A stretch of 64,000 nt of DNA. Origin: Lama guanicoe. Its lineage: Eukaryota. Positions 38,038 through 50,879 of the stretch are shown piece by piece. Position numbers and translations under genes: made by a program. The notes below the pieces were generated by a model. That model did no database searches. It was not told where the DNA came from and saw only the letters and a list, made by a program, of their open reading frames with translations. The stretch lies in the NCBI GenBank assembly GCA_013239625.1, contig MU053166.1, forward strand, positions 1 to 64,000, given 5' to 3'. Numbering within the stretch: the stretch's first letter is position 1; each line of letters begins with the position of its first letter.

Positions 38038-41000
38038 ACTCAATTTTATCTTGATAGTCTACCTGCTTCCACTCTTGTGTTTCTCAAGGAACTCGAACAT
38101 TTTCATTTATTTTCCATCATTCCAAAAATGCCAAAGGCATCCCTCTTCTACTGTCTGTCTATGTACAAGAATACGTTCCTGATGGGTTCTTTCTGCTTCC
38201 ATGTCTCATCTGTTGCCTGGTTCTCAGTATTATATGATGCTTACTTACTGCTAAGTACTCTCTTGCTGAATGCTCCTCTCACTAACATCGTCTCTCAATG
38301 AATTCCAGAGACTCTCTCAGTATTCCCATCCTTTTGGCCTTTTGAAAGTTTTATTTTCTTTTAATTTTAATTGAATATTTTATATCTGATAGGTTTTGTA
38401 AACTATACAGAATCAATTGAGGGTTAGCAGCAGTAATACCAAGAACTATTAGGAATAACAAGAAGAGTTGGTCCTCTTTTTTGACTGAAAGGTAAATAGT
38501 GTTTAGACAGTGGGAGTTTATATTTTTAAAAGTCTTTAATGTTTTATTCTTGGATGTGCTCTGATACCTGTTCTCTTACCTCCATGGCACTGTTAAGACT
38601 GATCTTTATCTGTTTTGTGCTTCTATTTTAAAGCTTATCTTACTTCGATGAACAGCTACTGAATTCTGAGTTCTCCTGATCAGGATACTTGAATTTCTTA
38701 GTGACTTCCAAAGTGGGGAAGACAGATAATGAAATTAAATGAATAAATTCTTCCTTCTTTTACTTATTTACATATTCATTTATTCTTGCTATGTGATAAG
38801 CACGCAACTAAGCTTTGAAGATATTTGTAGAATAGCTCTACTCTTGATATTCTCACAGTACAAAGGGGAAAGGCTAATTTGTAAGCACATAATGAGGATA
38901 CAGTGTGCTTGGTACTAGAAAGTTATGGCATTGCTGATGGTGAGGTACTGCCCCCGTCAGAAGCGCTCTGTCAGTTCAAGAGATTGGAGATGGGAAACAA
39001 TTTGTTTGCTCAGATACAGGTTCTGCCTACTCTCCAGGGTTTCTAGGCTGCTTCATTCACTGTGTATCTCTTTCTTCCTACAGCAAGTTATCATCCAAAA
39101 GTCTGGCTCAGCCACTTGCCAATAAGCACATTTTCCATGCAAAACTGAGAGTAGAGAGGCTTTGTTTGTTCAAGGTGTATTTAGTGTCATGTCTTCCGAA
39201 GTTACTTCCAGGGCAGATATCTCTTCTTTGCTTTCCTTTGTGGTTACTCTTCTCCTTCCTCGTCTCTGATATTGCACCCGGATGTGTGCTGCATGGGTGC
39301 CTCACAGGTCCTTCCGCACTGATGCTGGGTGTTTTTATTTATTTATTTATTTTATAAATATAGTGGAGCAACATTGGTTTTAGAATCCTGATTCGACCAT
39401 TTGCTTGTTGTATAGCTTTGGGTGAATTATTCAGTCATTCTCAGCATCTTTTTATTCAGATGTAAAATGAATTCATGTCAAATTTTCAGCTTTAATATGC
39501 AATTAAGTAAGAATGCAGAGAACATTACCTTGAAAATATAGAAACAAAATAAGTTATCTTGATCTTCCTTCTCCCCTATTCAACTGACTTACCAAAACAA
39601 CTTTGAAACATACACGGGGACAAGTAGATGCAATATTCAAAGCACACATTGTTTTTCAACTTGGTTCAAATACTTCAGGAATAATAATAATTGCAATAAT
39701 ATAGTAAAAATAAAACTGGCTAGGAGAAGATCAGAAAACAATTCTAATAGCTTTTCAATACATAGTTAAAACAACTAAAAAACATACAATAACAGTCAAA
39801 GCATGATTGGGCTTCATAAATCTGCAGTATATGTGTTTCTCCTTTCTGGAAAGTGCAAGTAAATAATGTCATATTGAGCATTCACTGTGGGCTAGTGACA
39901 TGCTATGTGCTATCATTAAATGAGTTAGACTTACTCTTCCCATTATCACACAAAATAAATTTGGTATTGTGCACAAGCATGTAGAGCAGAAACTCTGGGG
40001 AAGTCTAAACAGACAGCAGCATAAACATTTGCCTTTAACATTTGCAGCAATGATTCAAAGAGAGCTTGATGTAGGAACTGAACCTTGGGGAGTCATTTGA
40101 AGATGGCGAAGGAGGTAATTCTTCAGAGAAACAGGGGAAAATTATTCCATGTGAAAAATAATTAGAAATCAAAAACTAAAAAAAAAATGTGGAGAGGAGG
40201 GAAGGAAGAGATAAGAGATTAGAAACAAGATGTATTAAGGGAGCCAGTTGGTGAGTCAATTCTGCCCTTTGCTCAGAGCTGACAAGTGGAATGACTTTGC
40301 CTTGAAGTTTTGAACCAACTTCAGCACACATACAGACTTCTAATCCTTATGAAGTTTTTACCAAAGCAAAAAAAAATCCAAGTATGAGGACCAGAACCTA
40401 ATTTTTATTAAAAAAATATGAAAACAGTTGGAATTTGGACAGATCAAAGATCTGAGAGTCAACTCAAGAGTTTGACAAATATTTATTATGTTCCTATCCT
40501 TTACCTTATCATTATTATTATTTCAGGTGATAGGAATGTAACATGACTAAGAACTAATTGTTGTCTTGATGGAGATCACCACCCTGTGAGACAGATACTC
40601 AGGTCAACACACACTGAATATCCCAATTTATGTTCTCTACTAGAAGTGAGAACAACGGGACACAGGATGAGAGGAGAGGACTTGTTCTGGTTTGAGGACC
40701 TTGGGTGAATTTCTGTGGATATGAAAATAAATTTTGTTTTGATAGGATATATGAAGTTAACCAGGAGTTGGTTAAGATTTCTAGGCAATGGAGGCACCAT
40801 GAGTCGAGTTGCAAAGTCATAAACCAGCATAGTATGTATAAAGAAATGACAGAAATTGGTTATTGCTAGTGTCTGAATTAGGAGATAGGGGCTGGAATTG
40901 ATAGAAGTTAGGATATAAAAGACCTTGTATGCAGGAAGAAGACCTTGTATCGAGAAATAAGGAGATAGAACAGAATAGGAAACAGATGCTGCAGATGAAG

Positions 41001-41429
41001 TGTCAACCAAATTCTACAGATAGTCTTTTTTGGGCCACATTGAATCAGTATTAAACATGAAAGTTTTATATTAAAGTCAGATACTTGACTTCTCTTGCCA
41101 ATGCTTTTATGGCAGAACCAATTCTTCACTTTCTCTTGGCACTAATCCCTGGAGATGAGGGCGTCTACTCAGGATGCGTTCCCTGTTGTGCCATTGTGGC
41201 CACTGCTCACACAAAGCTTACATATGCATCTCACCTGTCTAGCTTTATTTTTTTCTGACCCAAGTAGACATTTAACTTTGTTAGCTTTACTTTTGACATT
41301 GGTTATCTACATGTCAGAGAACTATTACAGTATTTTAATCTGTGGCGTGACATTTAATGAGATGGAAGGAGTGGGAAATTCAGCTGGATTCACAGCAAGT
41401 TCAGAATGAGAGTGAGAGACAGGCTCCCT

Positions 41430-42300
41430 CTAATCACAATGTGAGGCTTAACTAGAACTTGCTTATATTGAGCAAATTTCAGTATTTGTTAGATGTGAGG
41501 GCAAGCGAGGAGCTTGCAATGGCAATCAGTTGTATGGTTTGGGTGGCAAGAGTGATGATGAGACCCATGACTAAGAAGAAAACACAGCAGTAGATTTGGA
41601 GTAGAGAGGCAAATGTGTTCAATTTTGGACATGGTGAGTGTGAAACTTCTGGGGATGTCCCACGGGACAAGCGGCAATGAGTCGTACACATAAGACAGAA
41701 GCTCAGTGCAAAGGCCAATACTAGGAATAGAGTTTGGGGGTTTGTTATTATGCAGGTGATATTTGACATCATAAAAATAGCCGAAGTCTTGAAAATAAAC
41801 CCTGGAAAATCGAAAGAGAGGTGGATGAAAGCATGAAAAAATGAAGAATGATTCAGAGGAGTATAGACAAAATCAGAAAAAGAAAAATCTATTCTTCATC
41901 ATCTGAATCTCCTTGGTTCTTAAGTTCAGCCAGCGGGAGTTTGGATGGCAAAGGTTATCTCTCGTCTCAGAGAATCCAAGAGAAAACGGGATTTTAGGAA
42001 TGAGCACTTAGCAGTTCCCAAGTCAATAGATTGGTTCAGTGAGACAAAAAATGAAATGCATTCATGTGGAATCGAGGGTGATTTTTGTTTGAGTAGCTTC
42101 AATATAGTGATGGAAACAGAAGCAGAGTTCAGGGAGTGAGGAGTGAATGGAATATGTCTAGAGTCAGTGAGAGTGAACTATTTTCAAGAAGCTTGACCCA
42201 GAAGAGGAGGAAAATGACAGAGTGAAAACAAGAGGCAGATACAAGATCTAGCAGAGAGGGTTTCCATGACATGGGCGAGACTCGAGCATGCTAGTCACTT
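41430..42300 (-). mobile_element. L2 remnant
   Basis: gttcaattttggacatggtgagtgtgaaacttctggggatgtccc; cttcaatatagtgatggaaacagaagcag. Confidence 0.65.
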
Positions 42301-44287
42301 ACCTCTGATTACACGTTTATGGAAGTCGTGTGCATGGATTTCAAACAACGGAAGACCAGAGCAATCCTAAGTACAGTAAGGGGTAACTCATTACCAATGC
42401 CATTATTTCTATTTACCATTTTAAAAAGTTCAATAGATTATGTTTAGTAATTCCAGCTCCCGTTTACCTACCACACACGTTCTTTCTGCTGCGATATGAC
42501 AGAGGTCCCTGTCTCTACAGGCAACACATTCTGCTCTTTCCCAGCTCTAACTTGCCTCTTACCCTTCTAAGCTTAATTCAAAATCTGCTTCTCATATTTC
42601 CACTTCTTTTTATAGTTCCGCTTTTTGGAGCCACAATAGAGGAAGACTAATCTATCTTTCATGAGAAAATCTTTTGGATATTTGAAAAATAACTTGCACG
42701 CCTCCTCTCTTATCTAACTCTTTTCTAATCTGTTCAGAAGTTTCTACACTTAACGCCTATTTGAGATGTTTACAGCTCTCTTACCTACTTCATGTCTCAT
42801 TTTTTTTCTTTCTTTTAATTTACTCTGGCTTATCAATATCTTTAAATGATGTTGAGTTGGACATAATATTACGGTTGGTTTGTGTAGCACAGAGTAAAGT
42901 TGGTTGCTTTGTTCCACAGTAGGGAGATTATTCCTATATTTAAGCTGAGACTGGCTAGCTATTATAAGCAACCATCTCACACCTCTAGCTCATTAGGAAA
43001 CTTGCAGTCACAGATCGTTTTCACATTAACTCATGTCAAGTATTTTTCCTTCCTCTGTAAACTTATGTTGGTTATTTTTGAGCAGAAAGGCATAAGTTTA
43101 CATTTTGTTGTCTTCATGCTAATCTAGAAATTTAGTTCCTCACTGTCATCAAATCTTGGTTTTGTCCCTATGTTGTTTGCTTTCTACCTACATTGTTGTC
43201 TCCTGAAAATATGATAAGTATCCTTTTAAAAATGATAGGTGAGGACAAAGCCACAAGTTTATAATGGTCCACTGGAGATTTATCCCAAGGTTGAAGTCAA
43301 TGTCTTATTCAACACTGTGTATGGTTACAAAGGCATTTATGAATTCATCTAATAATATTACCCAATTCATATTTCACAAAACATCTTAACATATATAAAT
43401 ACTTTATTCACGAGTCCAGGTGTTTTGTCAAGCTAGTGAAAATTATCAAAGTAGGAAATTATGATAGTACAGCAGACTCATTATGGGTAAATCTTGGATT
43501 TCTTAGGATTTCATGATTCTTGTCAAGTTATGGTAAATTATATTTATTTAGCACTTGAGTTTTCTAAGTGACTTGTCATGATGTTTTCCAGGAGCAAAAA
43601 TGAACATCACGCAAAGTTGACAGGTATTGGAATCTAGCAAACGGATTAAAATATTTGGCTTTGGGATACGTTAGCTCTGTGTCAAGGGTGAATATTTAAA
43701 CTTTCAGTATAAAAGAGGTAAATGATAGGTGTTTCATAAGATCATTATGAAGATTTAATGAGAGTTTATACCCAGTCCAGGGCCAACTGACAGTGTGCAT
43801 ATGACTCATTAAATTTCTTACTTTCAATACCAGAATACTCAAGAGTAACTCTACTAAGTATTCAGGTTGACATTATATCCATTTTGAAGATGGATTAAAA
43901 AAAGTTTAGAGAGTTGTATTCATCCATTTAGTAATTATTGAATGCTTTCTAGGTTCTGGCACTGTTACACATTAGTTATGGTGAATTATGAGACGCGTAT
44001 CTAGAGATCCCGGGAACATGGATATCGTCCACCAAACCCGCCCTCAGTGGCTAGATAGTCCGTTTTGAACACCAGTCTGCTTAGAATTGACATAGTGTTT
44101 TGATGACTCAGTGATTGTCTTTTATTATATACATTTTGTAAATATTAACGATAAATCTAGTAATTCTTTTTTTGTGTAAGTATAGTCTATAATAAAATAG
44201 CTTATTGTATTCAGTTCCAAAAAAGTAGTATGTTGGGGTAACAAAATGGGGCCCATTAAGATGCCTAAAAACCAACTGCCTTAATGT

Positions 44288-44830
44288 NNNNNNNNNNNNN
44301 NNNNNNNNNNNNNNNNNNNNNNNNNNNNNNNNNNNNNNNNNNNNNNNNNNNNNNNNNNNNNNNNNNNNNNNNNNNNNNNNNNNNNNNNNNNNNNNNNNNN
44401 NNNNNNNNNNNNNNNNNNNNNNNNNNNNNNNNNNNNNNNNNNNNNNNNNNNNNNNNNNNNNNNNNNNNNNNNNNNNNNNNNNNNNNNNNNNNNNNNNNNN
44501 NNNNNNNNNNNNNNNNNNNNNNNNNNNNNNNNNNNNNNNNNNNNNNNNNNNNNNNNNNNNNNNNNNNNNNNNNNNNNNNNNNNNNNNNNNNNNNNNNNNN
44601 NNNNNNNNNNNNNNNNNNNNNNNNNNNNNNNNNNNNNNNNNNNNNNNNNNNNNNNNNNNNNNNNNNNNNNNNNNNNNNNNNNNNNNNNNNNNNNNNNNNN
44701 NNNNNNNNNNNNNNNNNNNNNNNNNNNNNNNNNNNNNNNNNNNNNNNNNNNNNNNNNNNNNNNNNNNNNNNNNNNNNNNNNNNNNNNNNNNNNNNNNNNN
44801 NNNNNNNNNNNNNNNNNNNNNNNNNNNNNN
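44288..44830. other. Assembly gap
   Basis: N run. Confidence 1.
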
Positions 44831-45657
44831 GCAAAAGAGAAACTGAGAATCATTAGTTCTTGAAAAACCGCTATAGTTTCAGTTAAGAAAAATGGAAATA
44901 TTTAGTCTTTGTGCCTTTTGTTGCTCCATTCCTCACTTACTCCCACTGTTGGCTGGTGAGAAGTGTTCATTTATCAGCTGGAAGCTGTCTGCATAAATGC
45001 ACAGCTGTGCTGCCAGAGGATGTGGACTCCGTTTTGTGTATAACATGAAAACACAAGACTTTGCAGATGAACGTGGTGAATGCAGTAGGAAACACGGAGG
45101 ACAACATTTCTGATAGCCTGAGGTTGTGATTCTGGTTGAGTTGAACAATGGAGCAGCTGGAACTTTATCGGGAGATTCTGGGAATAAGAGACATGGACTA
45201 GCCAGATGAACAATCTCTGCCTCCCTGACTGTCTTGGGAACTATGCGTTTGAGTCAGCTAAGTGGCTAGTGAATATGAAGGGAGACTTGGGAATTCGCTG
45301 GTCTTTGAATGCCCTCACCAGTCCACACACAGATTGATCATCAGAAAGAGGAAGTTCAAGATTTTTGAACACAGAGTCTGCCAAACTCACTGGCTGACCA
45401 TTAAGCTATGGAGATTCGGGGGTGACCCCTAAGAAACGAAGCTTAAAAGTTAAGAACGAAAACCCTGTAGAGACCTAAGAAAAGAAGAAATAGGAGATAT
45501 TGTCATCCTAGCTCTACAGATTTGTTACCTATGTGACTTGTGCTGGGTAAGATGCGGGTAATCATGACAACTACCTCCAAGGACTGTAGAAGAAATTATA
45601 CAGTACAATTAAAGTCATCAGAGCAATGTCTGACACATGGTAATTTTTGTTATTTCT

Positions 45658-46297
45658 TTTTCCCTTTTTTTGAAGTATCATTGACATACAGTATTATATA
45701 CATTATATTCATTTCAGGTGTACAACACAGTGATACAACATTTACATACATTACAACTTTATCACCACTATAACTATAGTAACCATCTTTCACCATATAA
45801 AGTTATGACAATATTGTTGACTGTATTCCTTATGCTATCTATATATTACATCCCCATGACCCATGACATTTATTTTATGACTAAAAAGTTTACATTTTAA
45901 CCCCCTCCAGCTATTTTATCCATTCCCCTACCTCCCTCCTCTCTGGCAACTACCAATTCTCTATATCTATGAGTCTGTTTCTGTTTTGTTTTATTTGTTC
46001 ATTTATTTTTTTTAGGTCCCACATGTAAGTGAAATTTTTTGATATTTGTCTTTGTCTGGCTTGTTTCATTTAGCATACATAGAGAACATTCCACTCCAAA
46101 ACAGCAGAATAAACATTCTTTTCAAGTGCACGGAGAACATTCTCCAGGATAAATCACATGTTAGGTGGCAAAACAAACCTGAAAACATTTCAGAAGATTG
46201 AAATTATTATCAAGCATCTTTTCCAACCACAATAGTATGAAATTAGACATCAGTTACAAGAAGAAAACTGGGAAAGAAAACACAAACACATGGAGGC
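45658..46297 (-). mobile_element. 5'-inverted L1: minus-strand 3' end (45658-~46075) plus plus-strand ORF2 endonuclease piece (~46076-46297)
   Basis: Flanking taatttttgttatttct (45641-45657) and taatttttatatttct (46298-46313); acattcttttcaagtgcacggagaacattctccaggataaatcac. Confidence 0.8.
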
Positions 46298-47179
46298 TAA
46301 TTTTTATATTTCTGTAGAAACCAGTAAGTGTGCTTTTGCAAAAACAAAAGCAAAGCTCTGTGAGGGTAGTAATTTTTATTCAAATCAAGAGAGAACAAGA
46401 AGAAAATAAAGAAGAAAACATAGAAGGAAATGTCCAGCAATACAAAGTTTCTGGTTAACTTGTTGATTTCAGGTTCTCCTGACTTTTTCTATTCATGATT
46501 TTAGGGCGCCGATGCAGTCATTCAGCAATGATGTGCTACTATGTGTCAGTCACTGTACAAGTTTCTGAAGGTAGAATATAGCTAATGTGAGAATAATCAA
46601 ACCAGTGAGACTACTAACTCAGAGGTTTCAAACGTATTATAACTATTTTATGTGAAATAGGGTCTCACTCTTAGTCATTTGGCAAGACAGGCTAAACGTA
46701 AGGGACGTCTTTCCTGTAGATATGTAATATCACTCTCTTAGCTGGTGACTAAATACAGTAGTTAAATATTGACCTAAGAATTAGGCTTACATTAAATTTA
46801 GCGTTGCATGTGACTTTAAGTTACTCTAGAGTCAATGTAGCTAATAAATAGAGATGTTGACCAGAGTTGTTCCCGTCTTTGAATTTGCTGTTACTTATTT
46901 CATTCTGTGAATGCAACTGTTAGTTTAGAAGGCATTAAGATGTTAGAACAGACTTCTAACTTGAGAACATATTGAGGGCATAACACCTGAGGGAAATCTA
47001 TTGTGATTATCTTGGGCAGGGGTGCTCACAATGCCTTCTGACTTTTCTTCAATCAACACGTGGAAAATTCATACATTTCAGATTTGACTTTTGAAGGCTT
47101 CTGTACCAGGAGTGGGCAGAACTGAGGTTGCATCAACTTCTGTTGGCGGTATAACTCATAATATCTTTAGCTGTACAGT

Positions 47180-47960
47180 TCTCTCTTGACCTTTAGACTT
47201 GTATAGTTACTGGACTACTTGACATTTCCAAATGGATGCTTCACAGGTACATCAAACAGTATTTCTGAAAGGAACTCTTGATTTTATCCAACAAACCTTA
47301 TCCTCTTCTGAGATTTCCTGCCTTCAGTAACTGTTAAAACCACCCACCATGATGCTCATGTTGGAAACTTACTGTTTTCCTCCGTCTCCCTAGTCAATGC
47401 ATCTGCAACTCCTATTGTTTCTGTTTTTCAAATGTATTCATGCTTATTCTCTTTTCCTCTATCTATGCTATGATTATTTGAATCCAAACTACTTACATCG
47501 TATCTTTGGTCCCAGCCAGTCTCATCTTTAAATCTTGCCCTCACTTGAACCCTTTGCTTTAAACATAGCATCAGAGGAATCTTTTTAGATTATGAATTGG
47601 ATAGTATTATTTGCCTTAAAAAAAAAAAGAAAACAAAACTTTGTTCTACTTGCTTGACATGCTGTCACCCAATTACAAATACCAATTCCTTACCGTGGTC
47701 TATCAGAGTGTAGATAATCTGGCCGGTTCACACCTTTCACATTTGTTTCTACTCTCTCTTCCATATGTGTTCTGGCCACCTGGGCTTTCTTTTAGTTTCT
47801 TCATCTTTGTTAGTTCCTTTGTCACCTCAGTACCCTAGCTGATAGCTTCCTGTCTGAAAAAATCTTTATGCTATATATCTCAGTATGTATCTCAGGTTAA
47901 ACTTTACAAGACTTCTCCCAAGTTGGCCAACCACTCCTTTTTTAAAAAATATTATTCTAT
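47180..47960 (+). mobile_element. L2 remnant
   Basis: ctacttgacatttccaaatggatgcttcacaggtacatcaaac...aactcttgattt. Confidence 0.6.
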
Positions 47961-48221
47961 CTTTGCTCATCATTTAAATACCTCAGGTTTTTAAAATTTA
48001 TTTTTATTGGTGTAACATTTGTTTTTAACATTATATAAGTTTAATGCGTATGACATTATATTTCTCCCTCTGTGTGTAGTACAGTGAAGATAAGTTTCAA
48101 ATATGCATTTAGTATATTCATCTATATTGATACAACTTAAACTTGCCATATAATTGTTCTTAAGAGAAGCACCAATAAAGTATATTTAGCACCTATTCCT
48201 TCATAATTTCTAGAGCCTAGA

Positions 48222-49147
48222 CCTCTCACACAAGTAAAGCAAATGCGCAAAACAAAAAGTGTACATTACTAAGCAGTATGTGTTCATAATGCATAAATGA
48301 ACACAAATAATTTGATTAAATGATGCTGAAGTCATGCCCTGTAGATACTAGCTGCAGGTGTAGGCACGCAGCAAGGAGGCGAAGCCCCCTCCCAATCCTG
48401 GGGGTGTGATGTCCCCTGAAATCCAGCGCCGACATCCACCAACACAGCAAGTTGCTGAAGAGTCTCTCCAAACACAGGGCTCACTTCAGGGTTTAATCTC
48501 CAGCACAGGTGGAAATTCTGAATTTGTGGAGAAATTACATTTTCACAGAACTGAGTGGAAATGAAAAAGGTAACATATCTTAATTCCTTTGTAGATCTAG
48601 TCATTTTGTTAGACTCAAACTATAAAAATTATATCACGTATACTTTATTTACTTGTGAAATTTAAATAGTTGGCATGTTAAATTTAAAAGGATGGTTTCT
48701 GGAGACTCTAGTTTCACTGCAAGCTGCTGAGCTTAAGAAATGAAATATCTTTTAGTTTTTCCTTCTTTATCTGAGGCAGCAAACAACAGAGAAGATAAGA
48801 AACTACCAATATTCTAATTAACCAAACAAAACCATCATGCTTTGTAGACCGGGTGTCCACTGTGTTCTCAAATAGATGTAGAAATACACTATTTCAGAGA
48901 AAGAGGTGAGATAATAAAAAAATGTTTATTACATACATAAATATATTCTCATACAAACAAAGCAAAACCACAAAATAAAAATGTATATTGCTAAGCAGTC
49001 TATATTCATAATGCATAAATGAACCCAAATAATTTGATTAAAGAACATTTAAGTCATGTCCTGTAGATATTAGCTGCAGGCACAGGAGCTCTGCTAAGTG
49101 GCAAAGTACCCTCCCAGTCCTGTGTGTGTGGTATCCCCTGAAACCCA
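48222..49147. repeat. Diverged ~200-bp direct duplication (48222-48425 and 48946-49147)
   Basis: Shared ttcataatgcataaatgaac.caaataatttgattaaa...aagtcatg.cctgtagata.tagctgcagg...tcccctgaaa. Confidence 0.85.
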
Positions 49148-49699
49148 CTACATGCATATACATATCCCATTGGGTCTGGCCAGAAGATTCAAGAATGAAA
49201 CATGGAGTTTATAACATGTGTGTGAGGTAGGAGGCAGGTGTCCTCAGATGGTGAAAGAGTATCTCGGGAGGCAGGAAGGGTGGGGAACCAGCTAAGAGAT
49301 CAGAGCAGACACAGTTCAGTATAAAGGTGATGGAGAAGGTGGTGAGCAGGGCAGTGCAGTTTTACTGAATAAATACCATAAGCCAAGAACTGGGCTGGGC
49401 AGTTTAAAGGGAAGTTACTGTAATGTTTGCAACGAGTCTTTGAGGTAAGTATTATTTTCCTTAATTTACTTGTAAGAGATCCAGAGCTCAGTAAATTTAA
49501 CACTTTTGCCCAAGTTCACATAGTTTGAAAGTGGCCTGTTCAGAACTGACAGAGAGATATATATGGGTCTAAAACAGACATGGAAAGCAAAGATATGACT
49601 GGATGTCCAACGTAAATAGTATGTAGCTATAGATGCTTTGAAGGAAACTGTAGCTGTCAAAGTGGATGGATGTGGCAGGGGTAGAAAGTGGCCATTTTA

Positions 49700-50130
49700 C
49701 ACGAAGTGGCTAGCAGATGTCTGAGCAGAGACAAATGGAGGGAGAAAAGCCCCAGACCGGTAGTGCTGTGGGCAGCCAAGCCGCTAGGGCCACGAGGCGG
49801 GACTGCTGTGTCTGGGGGATGTCAGGAAGACAGTGTGGTTGGCACCGGCTGAGGGAAGCAGACAGGTCTGAAGATGAGGTTACAGACGCAGGAAGCGGCT
49901 GGTTTATGTGAGTCTCCATAGGCTGTGGGAACGAGTCTGTGTTTTATTTTACGTGATGGGAAGCTTTCCGATTTTGAGCAGGGGGATGTCAGGAGCTGAC
50001 TTTCATGAAGCACCACTTTTGCTGCTTTGTGAAGGACTGGACAAACATCAGAGCTGGCAAACCAGTTAGAAGGCAATCATTCAGGTCCAGGAGAGGTCAT
50101 GGTGCTTGGAATAGGGTAGTCACATCGGAG
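49700..50130 (-). mobile_element. L2 remnant
   Basis: gatgggaagctttccgattttgagcagggggatgtcagg...ttagaaggcaatc. Confidence 0.55.
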
Positions 50131-50280
50131 ATGTATTTTGATGTCACGGACGTAGAAGCATCTGTGGTTGTAATAGGAGCAAAGAGAGAGTATGAAACAG
50201 GCTTTCCCACAACTGCACTGGGCTGTTGTTGCTGCTCTAATTGGCTGTGATTTCAGCTCTGTGCCTCTGGGAAGTTAAAA

Positions 50281-50879
50281 TGAGGCAGGAAGCCCCCAAA
50301 AAAGATCAGCAGGACCCCTAAGCAGGGCTGCTTCTCTCCTCTTAGCACCATCCTTTCCCTGGCCCAGAGGCTCTATCTCACTTTTGCCTCTATAGAGGCT
50401 AACTTACACCTAGAATTCTATTGGTTCCCTGAACTCACTTCTGATTGGTTATTTCCTTCACTCCTGATTGATTATTACTCTCACTTCTGATTGGCTATTA
50501 CTCTCACTTCTGTTTGGTTATTACTCTCACTTCTGATTGGTCCTCTTCCCTAACTTCTGATTGGTCCATTTGTAGTACTTCATTTGGATGGAGCTCACTC
50601 CTGATTGGTCTATTTCTACAAAGCTTGTTCCTGGTTGGTCAACTTCTGTCGTACTTTATTTGCATATGATGTTGGAAAGTGTAAAACTGGCAGCCTATAA
50701 AAGGCCTGTGTAAACATACAGACGGGGTCCAGAGCTTAAAGTGTTAACCTCTCTGGGCCAGCTGGTGTAATAAACCTGAGCTCTCCGACTCTGCAAGTGC
50801 TGCTTGGTCTCTTGTCTGGATCCAGGTTGCTGTCACAACTGAGCTGTAATACTGAGCTGTAACACACTTTTCTGCAACA
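50281..50879 (+). mobile_element. Solo LTR family B, copy 3
   Basis: TG..CA; AAAA TSD at 50277-50280 and 50880-50883; longest ctcacttctgattgg array. Confidence 0.93.

Noticed and set aside
44933..45213. Minus-strand exon/ORF ending at a gtaagt donor
   Set aside because: No recognisable protein similarity and no convincing acceptor; a single splice motif is not enough.
50410..50640. CRISPR-like or DUX4-site array
   Set aside because: There are no unique spacers and it lies inside a mammalian LTR; TAACCAATCA is one base short of the canonical DUX4 spacing, so CCAAT is the better reading.
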